A stretch of DNA of 64,000 nt from Eledone cirrhosa. Lineage: Eukaryota. A model generated the notes under the pieces. That model ran no database searches. It was not told the origin of the DNA and saw only the letters and a program-made list of their open reading frames with translations. Every line of letters starts with the position of its first letter. The stretch's first letter is position 1. The stretch spans positions 55,924,001 through 55,988,000 of the forward strand of contig OZ024744.1 of NCBI GenBank assembly GCA_964016885.1, written 5' to 3'. Below are positions 40,001 through 53,870 of this stretch, piece by piece. The position numbers and the translations under genes were made by a program.

Positions 40001-43000
40001 TAGGTGGACTGTGGTCTGTGACTGAACTATATTGATCTGTTACTGACAGCTAGGTAGACTGTGGTCTGTGACTGAACTATATTGATCTGGTACTGACAGC
40101 TAGGTAGACTGTGGTCTGTGACTGAACTGTATTAATCAGGTACTGACAGCTAGGTGGAATGTGGTGTGTGACTGAACTATATTGATCTGGTACCTTACAT
40201 TGACAGCTAGGTAGACTGTGGTCTGTGACTGAATTATATTGATCTGGTACCTTACATTGACAGCTAGGTAGGCTGTGGTCTGAGACTGAACTATATTGAT
40301 CTGGTACTGACAGAGAGGTAGACTGTGGTGTGAGACTGAACTATATTGATCTGGTACCTTACATTGGCAGCTAGGTAGACTGTGGTCTTAGACTGAACTA
40401 TATTGATCTGTTACTGATAGCTAGGTGGACCGTGGTCTCAGACTGAACTATATTGATCTTGTACTGACAGCTTGGTGAACTGTGGTCTGTGACTGAACTA
40501 TATTGATCTGGTACCTTACATTGACAGCTAGGTAGACTGTGGTCTGAGACTGAACTATATTGATCTGGTACTGATAGATAGGTGGACTGTGGCCTCAGAC
40601 TGAACTATATTGATCTGGCACTGACAGCTAGGTGGACCGTAGTCTGAGACTGAACTATATTGATCTGGTACTGACAGCTAGGTGGACTGTGGTCTGGGAC
40701 TGAACTATATTGATCTAGTACTGACAGCTAGGTGGACTGTGGTCAGAGACTGAACTATATTGATCTGGTACTGACAGCTAGGTGGACTGTGGTCTGAGAC
40801 TGAACTATATTGATCTGGTACTGACAGCTAGGTGGACTGTGGTCTGAGACTGAACTATATTGATCTAGTACTGACAGCTAGGTGGACTGTGGTCTGTGAC
40901 TGAACTATATAGATCTGGTACTGACAGCTAGGTAGACTGTGGTCTGAGACTGAACTATATTGATGTGGTACTGACAGCTAGGTGGACTGTGGTTTGAGAC
41001 TGAACTATATTGATCTGGTACCTTACATTGACAGCTAGGTAGACTGTGGTCTAAGACTGAACTATATTGATCTGGTACTGACAGCTAGGTAGACTGTGGT
41101 CTTTGACTGAACTATATTGATCTGGTACCTTACATTGACAGCTAGGTAGACTGTGATCTGTGACAGAACCACATTGATCTTGTATCTTACGTTGACAGCT
41201 AGGTAGACTGTGGTCTGTGACTGAACTATATTAATCTGGTACTGACAGCTAGGTAGACTGTGGTCTGTGACTGAATTATATTGATCTGGTACCTTACATT
41301 GACAGCTAGGTAGACTGTGGTCTGTGACTGAACTATATTGATCTGGTACTGACAGCTAGGTGGAATGTGGTCTGTGACTGAACTATATAGATCTGGTACT
41401 GACAGCTAGGTAGACTGTGGTCTGAGACTGAACTATATTGATGTGGTACTGACAGCTAGGTGGACTGTGGTCTGAGACTGAACTATATTGATCTGGTACC
41501 TTACATTGACAGCTAGGTAGACTGTGGTCTGAGACTGAACTATATTGATCTGGTACCTTACATTGAAAGCTAGGTAGACTGTGGTCTGTGACTGAACTGT
41601 ATTGATCTGGTACTGACAGAGAGGTAGACTGTGGTGTGAGACTGAACTATATTGATCTGGTACTGACAGCTAGGTGGACTGTGGTCTGTGACTGAACTAT
41701 ATTGATCTGGTACTGATAGCTAGGTGGACTGTGGTCTCAGACTGAACTATATTGATCTGGTACTGACAGCTTGGTGGACTGTGGTCTGTGACTGAACTAT
41801 ATTGATCTGGTACCTTACATTGACAGCTAGGTAGACTGTGGTCTGAGACTGAACTATATTGATCTGGTACTGATAGATAGGTGGACTGTGGTCTCAGACT
41901 GAACTATATTGATCTGGTAATGACTGCTAGGTAGACTGTGGTCTGTGACTGAACTATATTGATCTGTTACTGACAGCTAGGTGGACTGTGGTCTGAGACT
42001 GAACTATATTGATCTAGTACTGACAGCTAGGTGGACTGTGGTCAGAGACTGAGCTATATTGATCCGGTACTGACAGCTAGGTGGACTGTGCTCTGAGACT
42101 GAACTATATTGATCTGGTACTGACAGCTAGGTGGACTGTGGTCTGAGACTGAACTATATTGATCTAGTACTGACAGCTAGGTAGACTGTGGTCTGTGACT
42201 GAACTATATTGATCTGGTACCTTACATTGACAGCTAGGTAGACTGTGGTCTGTGACTGAATTATATTGATCTGGTACCTTACATTGACAGCTAGGTAGAC
42301 TGTGTTCTGTGACTGAACTATATTGATGTGGTACTGACAGCTAGGTGGACTGTGGTTTGAGACTGAACTATATTGATCTGGTACCTTACATTGACAGCTA
42401 GGTAGACTGTGGTCTAAGACTGAACTATATTGATCTGGTACTGACAGCTAGGTGGACTGTGGTCTGAGACTGAACTATATTGATCTGGTAATGACTGCTA
42501 GGTAGACTGTGGTCTGTGACTGAACTATATTGATTTGTTACTGACAGCTAGGTGGACTGTGGTCTGAGACTGAACTATATTGATCTGGTACTAACAGCTA
42601 GGTGGATTATGGTCTGAGACTGAACTATATTGATCTGGTACTGACAGCTAGGTGGACTGTGGTCTGTGACTGAACTATATTGATCTGTTACTGACAGCTA
42701 GGTAGACTGTGGTCTGTTACTGAACTATATTGATCTGGTACTGACAGCTAGGTAGACTGTGGTCTGTGACTGAACTGTATTAATCAGGTACTGACAGCTA
42801 GGTGGACTGTGGTGTGTGACTGAACTATATTGATCTGGTACCTTACATTGACAGCTAGGTAGACTGTGGTCTGTGACTGAATTATATTGATCTGGTACCT
42901 TACATTGACAGCTAGGTAGACTGTGGTCTGAGACTGAACTATATTGATCTGGTACTGACAGAGAGGTAGACTGTGGTGTGAGACTGAACTATATTGATCT

Positions 43001-46000
43001 GGTACCTTACATTGACAGCTAGGTGGACTGTGGTCTGAGACTGAACTATATTGATCTGGTACTGACAGAGAGGTAGACTGTGGTGTGAGACTGAACTATA
43101 TTGATCTGGTACCTTACATTGACAGCTAGGTAGACTGTGGTCTGAGACTGAACTATATTGATCTGGTGCTGATAGCTTGGTGGACTGTGGTCTGTGACTG
43201 AACTATATTGATCTGGTACTGACAGCTTGGTGGACTGTGGTCTGAGACTGAACTATATTGATCTGGTACTGACAGCTAGGTGGACTGTGGTCTGTGACTG
43301 AACTATATTGATCTGGTACTGACAGAGAGGTAGACTGTGGTGTGAGACTGAACTATATTGATCTGGTACCTTACATTGACAGCTAGGTAGACTGTGGTCT
43401 TAGACTGAACTATATTGATCTGGTACTGATAGCTAGGTGGACCGGGGTCTCAGACTGAACTATATTGATCTGGTACTGACAGCTTGGTGAACTGTGGTCT
43501 GTGACTGAACTATATTGATCTGGTACCTTACATTGACAGCTAGGTAGACTGTGGTCTGAGACTAAACTATATTGATCTGGTACTGATAGATAGGTGGACT
43601 GTGTCCTCAGACTGAACTATATTGATCTGGCACTGACAGCTAGGTGGACCGTAGTCTGAGACTGAACTATATTGATCTGGTACTGACAGCTAGGTGGACT
43701 GTGGTCTGGGACTGAACTATATTGATCTAGTACTGACAGCTAGGTGGACTGTGGTCAGAGACTAAACTATATTGATCCGGTACTGACAGCTAGGTGGACT
43801 GTGGTCTGAGACTGAACTATATTGATCTGGTACTGACAGCTAGGTGGACTGTGGTCTGAGACTGAACTATATTGATCTAGTACTGACAGCTAGGTGGACT
43901 GTGGTCTGTGACTGAACTATATAGATCTGGTACTGACAGCTAGGTAGACTGTGGTCTGAGACTGAACTATATTGATGTGGTACTGACAGCTAGGTAGACT
44001 GTGGTCTTTGACTGAACTATATTGATCTGGTACATTACATTGACAGCTAGGTAGACTGTGATCTGTGACAGAACCACATTGATCTTGTATCTTACGTTGA
44101 CAGCTAGGTAGACTGTGGTCTGTGACTGAACTATATTAATCTGGTACTGACAGCTAGGTAGACTGTGGTCTGTGACTGAATTATATTGATCTGGTACCTT
44201 ACATTGACAGCTAGGTAGACTGTGGTCTGTGACTGAACTATATTGATCTGGTACTGACAGCTAGGTGAAATGTGGTCTGTGACTGAACTATATAGATCTG
44301 GTACTGACAGCTAGGTAGACTGTGGTCTGAGACTGAACTATATTGATGTGGTACTGACAGCTAGGTGGACTGTGGTCTGAGACTGAACTATATTGATCTG
44401 GTACCTTACATTGACAGCTAGGTAGACTGTGGTCTGAGACTGAACTATATTGATCTGGTACCTTACATTGAAAGCTAGGTAGACTGTGGTCTGTGACTGA
44501 ACTGTATTAATCAGGTACTGACAGCTAGGTGGACTGTGGTGTGAGACTGAACTATATTGATCCGGTACCTTACATTGACAGCTAGGTAGACTGTGGTCTG
44601 TGACTGAATTATATTGATCTGGTACCTTACATTGACAGCTAGGTAGACTGTGGTCTGTGACTGAATTATATTGATCTGGTAATGACAGAGAGGTATACTG
44701 TGGTGTGAGACTGAACTATATTGATCTGGTACCTTACATTGACAGCTAGGTAGACTGTGGTCTGTGACTGAATTATATTGATCTGGTACCTTACATTCAC
44801 AGCTAGGTAGACTGTGGTCTGAGACTGAACTATATTGATCTGGTACTGACAGAGAGGTAGACTGTGGTGTGAGACTGAACTATATTGATCTGGTACTGAC
44901 AGCTAGGTGGACTGTGGTCTGTGACTGAACTATATTGATCTGGTACTGATAGCTAGGTGGACTGTGGTCTCAGACTGAACTATATTGATCTGGTACTGAC
45001 AGCTTGGTGGACTGTGGTCTGTGACTGAACTATATTGATCTTGTACCTTACATTGACAGCTAGGTAGACTGTGGTCTGAGACTGAACTATATTGATCTGG
45101 TACTGATAGATAGGTGGACTGTGGTCTCAGACTGAACTATATTGATCTGGTACTGACAGCTAGGTGGACTGTAGTCTGAGACTGAACTATATTGATCTGG
45201 TACTGACAGCTAGGTGGACTGTGGTCTGGGACTGAACTATATTGATCTAGTACTGACAGCTAGGTGGACTGTGGTCTGAGACTGTACTATATTGATCCGG
45301 TACTGACAGCTAGGTGGACTGTGGTCTGAGACTGAACTATATTGATCTGGTACTGACAGCTAGGTGGACTGTTGTCTGAGACTGAACTATATTGATCTAG
45401 TACTGACAGCTAGGTAGACTGTGGTCTGTGACTGAACTATATTGATCTGGTACTGACAGCTAGGTGGACTGTGGTCTGTGACTGAACTATATTGATCTGT
45501 TACTGACAGCTAGGTAGACTGTGGTCTGTGACTGAACTATATTGATCTGGTACTGACAGCTAGGTAGACTGTGGTCTGTGACTGAACTGTATTAATCAGG
45601 TACTGACAGCTAGGTGGAATGTGGTGTGTGACTGAACTATATTGATCTGGTACCTTACATTGACAGCTAGGTAGACTGTGGTCTGTGACTGAATTATATT
45701 GATCTGGTACCTTACATTGACAGCTAGGTAGGCTGTGGTCTGAGACTGAACTATATTGATCTGGTACTGACAGAGAGGTAGACTGTGGTGTGAGACTGAA
45801 CTATATTGATCTGGTACCTTACATTGGCAGCTAGGTAGACTGTGGTCTTAGACTGAACTATATTGATCTGTTACTGATAGCTAGGTGGACCGTGGTCTCA
45901 GACTGAACTATATTGATCTTGTACTGACAGCTTGGTGAACTGTGGTCTGTGACTGAACTATATTGATCTGGTACCTTACATTGACAGCTAGGTAGACTGT

Positions 46001-49000
46001 GGTCTGAGACTGAACTATATTGATCTGGTAATGATAGATAGGTGGACTGTGGCCTCAGACTGAACTATATTGATCTGGCACTGACAGCTAGGTGGACCGT
46101 AGTCTGAGACTGAACTATATTGATCTGGTACTGACAGCTAGGTGGACTGTGGTCTGGGACTGAACTATATTGATCTAGTACTGACAGCTAGGTGGACTGT
46201 GGTCAGAGACTGAACTATATTGATCTGGTACTGACAGCTAGGTGGACTGTGGTCTGAGACTGAACTATATTGATCTGGTACTGACAGCTAGGTGGACTGT
46301 GGTCTGAGACTGAACTATATTGATCTAGTACTGACAGCTAGGTGGACTGTGGTCTGTGACTGAACTATATAGATCTGGTACTGACAGCTAGGTAGACTGT
46401 GGTCTGAGACTGAACTATATTGATGTGGTACTGACAGCTAGGTGGACTGTGGTTTGAGACTGAACTATATTGATCTGGTACCTTACATTGACAGCTAGGT
46501 AGACTGTGGTCTAAGACTGAACTATATTGATCTGGTACTGACAGCTAGGTAGACTGTGGTCTTTGACTGAACTATATTGATCTGGTACCTTACATTGACA
46601 GCTAGGTAGACTGTGATCTGTGACAGAACCACATTGATCTTGTATCTTACGTTGACAGCTAGGTAGACTGTGGTCTGTGACTGAACTATATTAATCTGGT
46701 ACTGACAGCTAGGTAGACTGTGGTCTGTGACTGAATTATATTGATCTGGTACCTTACATTGACAGCTAGGTAGACTGTGGTCTGTGACTGAACTATATTG
46801 ATCTGGTACTGACAGCTAGGTGGAATGTGGTCTGTGACTGAACTATATAGATCTGGTACTGACAGCTAGGTAGACTGTGGTCTGAGACTGAACTATATTG
46901 ATGTGGTACTGACAGCTAGGTGGACTGTGGTCTGAGACTGAACTATATTGATCTGGTACCTTACATTGACAGCTAGGTAGACTGTGGTCTGAGACTGAAC
47001 TATATTGATCTGGTACCTTACATTGAAAGCTAGGTAGACTGTGGTCTGTGACTGAACTGTATTGATCTGGTACTGACAGAGAGGTAGACTGTGGTGTGAG
47101 ACTGAACTATATTGATCTGGTACTGACAGCTAGGTGGACTGTGGTCTGTGACTGAACTATATTGATCTGGTACTGATAGCTAGGTGGACTGTGGTCTCAG
47201 ACTGAACTATATTGATCTGGTACTGACAGCTTGGTGGACTGTGGTCTGTGACTGAACTATATTGATCTGGTACCTTACATTGACAGCTAGGTAGACTGTG
47301 GTCTGAGACTGAACTATATTGATCTGGTACTGATAGATAGGTGGACTGTGGTCTCAGACTGAACTATATTGATCTGGTACTGACAGCTAGGTGGACTGTA
47401 GTCTGAGACTCAACTATATTGATCTGGTACTGACAGCTAGGTGGACTGTGGTCTGGGACTGAACTATATTGATCTAGTACTGACAGCTAGGTGGACTGTG
47501 GTCAGAGACTGAGCTATATTGATCCGGTACTGACAGCTAGGTGGACTGTGGTCTGAGACTGAACTATATTGATCTTGTACTGACAGCTAGGTGGACTGTG
47601 GTCTGAGACTGAACTATATTGATCTAGTACTGACAGCTAGGTAGACTGTGGTCTGTGACTGAACTATATTGATCTGGTACCTTACATTGACAGCTAGGTA
47701 GACTGTGGTCTGTGACTGAATTATATTGATCTGGTACCTTACATTGACAGCTAGGTAGACTGTGTTCTGTGACTGAACTATATTGATCTGGTACTGACAG
47801 CTAGGTGGACTGTGGTCTGAGACTGAACTATATTGATCTGGTAATGACTGCTAGGTAGACTGTGGTCTGTGACTGAACTATATTGATTTGTTACTGACAG
47901 CTAGGTGGACTGTGGTCTGAGACTGAACTATATTGATCTGGTACTAACAGCTAGGTGGATTATGGTCTGAGACTGAACTATATTGATCTGGTACTGACAG
48001 CTAGGTGGACTGTGGTCTGTGACTGAACTATATTGATCTGTTACTGACAGCTAGGTAGACTGTGGTCTGTTACTGAACTATATTGATCTGGTACTGACAG
48101 CTAGGTAGACTGTGGTCTGTGACTGAACTGTATTAATCAGGTACTGACAGCTAGGTGGACTGTGGTGTGTGACTGAACTATATTGATCTGGTACCTTACA
48201 TTGACAGCTAGGTAGACTGTGGTCTGTGACTGAATTATATTGATCTGGTACCTTACATTGACAGCTAGGTAGACTGTGGTCTGAGACTGAACTATATTGA
48301 TCTGGTACTGACAGAGAGGTAGACTGTGGTGTGAGACTGAACTATATTGATCTGGTACCTTACATTGACAGCTAGGTGGACTGTGGTCTGAGACTGAACT
48401 ATATTGATCTGGTACTGACAGAGAGGTAGACTGTGGTGTGAGACTGAACTATATTGATCTGGTACCTTACATTGACAGCTAGGTAGACTGTGGTCTGAGA
48501 CTGAACTATATTGATCTGGTGCTGATAGCTTGGTGGACTGTGGTCTGTGACTGAACTATATTGATCTGGTACTGACAGCTTGGTGGACTGTGGTCTGAGA
48601 CTGAACTATATTGATCTGGTACTGACAGCTAGGTGGACTGTGGTCTGTGACTGAACTATATTGATCTGGTACTGACAGAGAGGTAGACTGTGGTGTGAGA
48701 CTGAACTATATTGATCTGGTACCTTACATTGACAGCTAGGTAGACTGTGGTCTTAGACTGAACTATATTGATCTGGTACTGATAGCTAGGTGGACCGGGG
48801 TCTCAGACTGAACTATATTGATCTGGTACTGACAGCTTGGTGAACTGTGGTCTGTGACTGAACTATATTGATCTGGTACCTTACATTGACAGCTAGGTAG
48901 ACTGTGGTCTGAGACTAAACTATATTGATCTGGTACTGATAGATAGGTGGACTGTGTCCTCAGACTGAACTATATTGATCTGGCACTGACAGCTAGGTGG

Positions 49001-52000
49001 ACCGTAGTCTGAGACTGAACTATATTGATCTGGTACTGACAGCTAGGTGGACTGTGGTCTGGGACTGAACTATATTGATCTAGTACTGACAGCTAGGTGG
49101 ACTGTGGTCAGAGACTAAACTATATTGATCCGGTACTGACAGCTAGGTGGACTGTGGTCTGAGACTGAACTATATTGATCTGGTACTGACAGCTAGGTGG
49201 ACTGTGGTCTGAGACTGAACTATATTGATCTAGTACTGACAGCTAGGTGGACTGTGGTCTGTGACTGAACTATATAGATCTGGTACTGACAGCTAGGTAG
49301 ACTGTGGTCTGAGACTGAACTATATTGATGTGGTACTGACAGCTAGGTAGACTGTGGTCTTTGACTGAACTATATTGATCTGGTACATTACATTGACAGC
49401 TAGGTAGACTGTGATCTGTGACAGAACCACATTGATCTTGTATCTTACGTTGACAGCTAGGTAGACTGTGGTCTGTGACTGAACTATATTAATCTGGTAC
49501 TGACAGCTAGGTAGACTGTGGTCTGTGACTGAATTATATTGATCTGGTACCTTACATTGACAGCTAGGTAGACTGTGGTCTGTGACTGAACTATATTGAT
49601 CTGGTACTGACAGCTAGGTGAAATGTGGTCTGTGACTGAACTATATAGATCTGGTACTGACAGCTAGGTAGACTGTGGTCTGAGACTGAACTATATTGAT
49701 GTGGTACTGACAGCTAGGTGGACTGTGGTCTGAGACTGAACTATATTGATCTGGTACCTTACATTGAAAGCTAGGTAGACTGTGGTCTGTGACTGAACTG
49801 TATTAATCAGGTACTGACAGCTAGGTGGACTGTGGTGTGAGACTGAACTATATTGATCCGGTACCTTACATTGACAGCTAGGTAGACTGTGGTCTGTGAC
49901 TGAATTATATTGATCTGGTACCTTACATTGACAGCTAGGTAGACTGTGGTCTGTGACTGAATTATATTGATCTGGTAATGACAGAGAGGTATACTGTGGT
50001 GTGAGACTGAACTATATTGATCTGGTACCTTACATTGACAGCTAGGTAGACTGTGGTCTGTGACTGAATTATATTGATCTGGTACCTTACATTCACAGCT
50101 AGGTAGACTGTGGTCTGAGACTGAACTATATTGATCTGGTACTGACAGAGAGGTAGACTGTGGTGTGAGACTGAACTATATTGATCTGGTACTGACAGCT
50201 AGGTGGACTGTGGTCTGTGACTGAACTATATTGATCTGGTGCTGATAGCTAGGTGGACTGTGGTCTCAGACTGAACTATATTGATCTGGTACTGACAGCT
50301 TGGTGGACTGTGGTCTGTGACTGAACTATATTGATCTGGTACCTTACATTGACAGCTAGGTAGACTGTGGTCTGAGACTGAACTATATTGATCTGGTACT
50401 GATAGATAGGTGGACTGTGGTCTCAGACTGAACTATATTGATCTGGTACTGACAGCTAGGTGGACTGTAGTCTGAGACTGAACTATATTGATCTGGTACT
50501 GACAGCTAGGTGGACTGTGGTCTGGGACTGAACTATATTGATCTAGTACTGACAGCTAGGTGGACTGTGGTCAGAGACTGAACTATATTGATCCGGAACT
50601 GACAGCTAGGTGGACTGTGGTCTGAGACTGAACTATATTGATCTGGTACTGACAGCTAGGTGGACTGTGGTCTGAGACTGAACTATATTGATCTAGTACT
50701 GACAGCTAGGTAGACTGTGGTCTGTGACTGAACTATATTGATCTGGTACCTTACATTGACAGCTAGGTAGACTGTGGTCTGTGACTGAATTATATTGATC
50801 TGGTACCTTACATTGACAGCTAGGTAGACTGTGTTCTGTGACTGAACTATATTGATCTGGTACTGACAGCTAGGTAGACTGTGGTCTGAGACTGAACTAT
50901 ATTGATCTGGTACTGACAGAGAGGTAGACTGTGGTGTGAGACTGAACTATATTGATCTGGTACCTTACATTGACAGCTAGGTGGACTGTGGTCTGAGACT
51001 GAACTATATTGATCTGGTACTGACAGAGAGGTAGACTGTGGTGTGAGACTGATCTATATTGATCTGGTACTGACAGCTAGGTGGACTGTGGTCTGTGACT
51101 GAACTATATTGATCTGGTACTGATAGCTAGGTGGACTGTGGTCTCAGACTGAACTATATTGATCTGGTACTGACAGCTTGGTGGACTGTGGTCTGTGACT
51201 GAACTATATTGATCTGGTATCTTACATTGACAGCTAGGTAGACTGTGGTCTGAGACTGAACTATATTGATCTGGTACTGATAGATAGGTGGACTGTGGTC
51301 TCAGACTGAACTATATTGATCTGGTACTGAGAGCTTGGTGGACTGTGGTCTGTGACTGAACTATATTGATCTGGTACCTTACATTGACAGCTAGGTAGAC
51401 TGTGGTCTGAGACTGAACTATATTGATCTGGTACTGACAGCTAGGTGGACTGTAGTCTGAGACTGAACTATATTGATCTGGTACTGACAGCTAGGTGGAC
51501 TGTGGTCTGGGACTGAACTATATTGATATAGTACTGACAGCTAGGTGGACTGTGGTCAGAGACTGAACTATATTGATCCGGTACTGACAGCTAGGTGGAC
51601 TGTGGTCTGAGACTGAACTATATTGATCTGGTACTGACAGCTAGGTGGACTGTGGTCTGAGACTGAACTATATTGATCTAGTACTGACAGCTAGGTAGAC
51701 TGTGGTCTGTGACTGAACTCTTTTGATCTGGTACTGACAGCTAGGTGGACTGTGGTCTGAGACTGAACTATATTGATCTGGTACTGACAGCTAGGTGGAC
51801 TGTGGTCTGAGACTGAACTATATTGATCCGGTACTGACAGCTAGGTAGACTGTGTTCTGTGACTGAACTATATTGATCTGGTAATGACAGCTAGGTGGAC
51901 TGTGGTCTGAGACTGAACTATATTGATCTGGTAATGACTGCTAGGTAGACTGTGGTCTGTGACTGAACTATATTGATCTGTTACTGACAGCTAGGTGGAC

Positions 52001-53870
52001 TGTGGTCTGAGACTGAACTATATTGATCTGGTACTAACAGCTAGGTGGATTGTGGTCTGAGACTGAACTATATTGATCTGGTACTGACAGCTAGGTGGAC
52101 TGTGGTCTGTGACTGAACTATATTGATCTGTTACTGATAGCTAGGTAGACTGTGGCCTGTGACTGAACTGTATTAATCAGGTACTGACAGCTAGGTGGAC
52201 TGTGGTGTGTGACTGAACTATATTGATCTGGTACCTTACATTGACAGCTAGGTAGACTGTGGTCTGTGACTGAATTATATTGATCTGGTACCTTACATTG
52301 ACAGCTAGGTAGACTGTGGTCTGTGACTGAACTATATTGATCTGGTACTGACAGAGAGGTAGACTGTGGTCTGAGACTGAACTATATTGATCTGGTACTG
52401 ACAGCTAGGTGGACTGTGGTCTGTGACTGAACTATATTGATCTGGTACTGACAGAGAGGTAGACTGTGGTGTGAGACTGAACTATATTGATCTGGTACCT
52501 TACATTGACAGCTAGGTGGACCGTGGTCTGAGACTGAACTATATTGATCTGGTACTGACAGAGAGGTAGACTGTGGTGTGAGACTGAACTATATTGATCT
52601 GGTACCTTACATTGACAGCTAGGTAGACTGTGGTCTTAGACTGAACTATATTGATCTGGTACTGATAGCTAGGTGGACCGTGGTCTCAGACTGAACTATA
52701 TTGATCTGGTACTGACAGCTTGGTGGACTGTGGTCTGAGACTGAACTATATTGATCTGGTACTGACAGCTAGGTGGACTGTGGTCTGTGACTGAACTATA
52801 TTGATCTGGTACTGACAGAGAGGTAGACTGTGGTGTGAGACTGAACTATATTGATCTGGTACCTTACATTGACAGCTAGGTAGACTGTGGTCTGAGACTG
52901 AACTATATTGATCTGGTACTGACAGAGAGGTAGACTGTGGTGTGAGACTGAACTATATTGATCTGGTACCTTACATTGACAGCTAGGTAGACTGTGGTCT
53001 GAGACTGAACTATATTGATCTGGTACTGATAGATAGGTGGTCTGTGGCCTCAGACTGAACTATATTGATCTGGCACTGACAGCTAGGTGGACCGTAGTCT
53101 GAGACTGAACTATATTGATCTGGTACTGACAGCTAGGTGGACTGTGGTCTGGGACTGAACTATATTGATCTAGTACTGACAGCTAGGTGGACTGTGGTCA
53201 GAGACTGAACTATATTGATCCGGTACTGACAGCTAGGTGGACTGTGGTCTGAGACTGAACTATATTGATCTGGTACTGACAGCTAGGTGGACTGTGGTCT
53301 GAGACTGAACTATATTGATCTAGTACTGACAGTTAGGTGGACTGTGGTCTGTGACTGAACTATATAGATCTGGTACTGACAGCTAGGTAGACTGTGGTCT
53401 GAGACTGAACTATATTGATGTGGTACTGACAGCTAGGGGGACTGTGGTTTGAGACTGAACTATATTGATCTGGTACCTTACATTAACAGCTAGGTAGACT
53501 GTGGTCTAAGACTGAACTATATTGATCTGGTACTGACAGCTAGGTAGACTGTGGTCTTTGACTGAACTATATTGATCTGGTACATTACATTGACAGCTAG
53601 GTAGACTGTGATCTGTGACAGAACCACATTGATCTTGTATCTTACGTTGACAGCTAGGTAGACTGTGGTCTGTGACTGAACTATATTAATCTGGTACTGA
53701 CAGCTAGGTAGACTGTGGTCTGTGACTGAATTATATTGATCTGGTACCTTACATTGACAGCTAGGTAGACTGTGGTCTGTGACTGAACTATATTGATCTG
53801 GTACTGACAGCTAGGTGGAATGTGGTCTGTGACTGAACTATATAGATCTGGTACTGACAGCTAGGTAGAC
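19050..53870. repeat. Satellite domain III: 50-mer-rich, homogenised higher-order region
   Basis: Markers absent from domain I: GACAGAGAGG, TGTATTAATCAGG, TCTGGGACT, GTCAGAGAC and GGCCTCAG. Block duplications of 3619, 6540, 4363 and 5460/5353 bp were inferred from shared rare variants. Confidence 0.85.
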
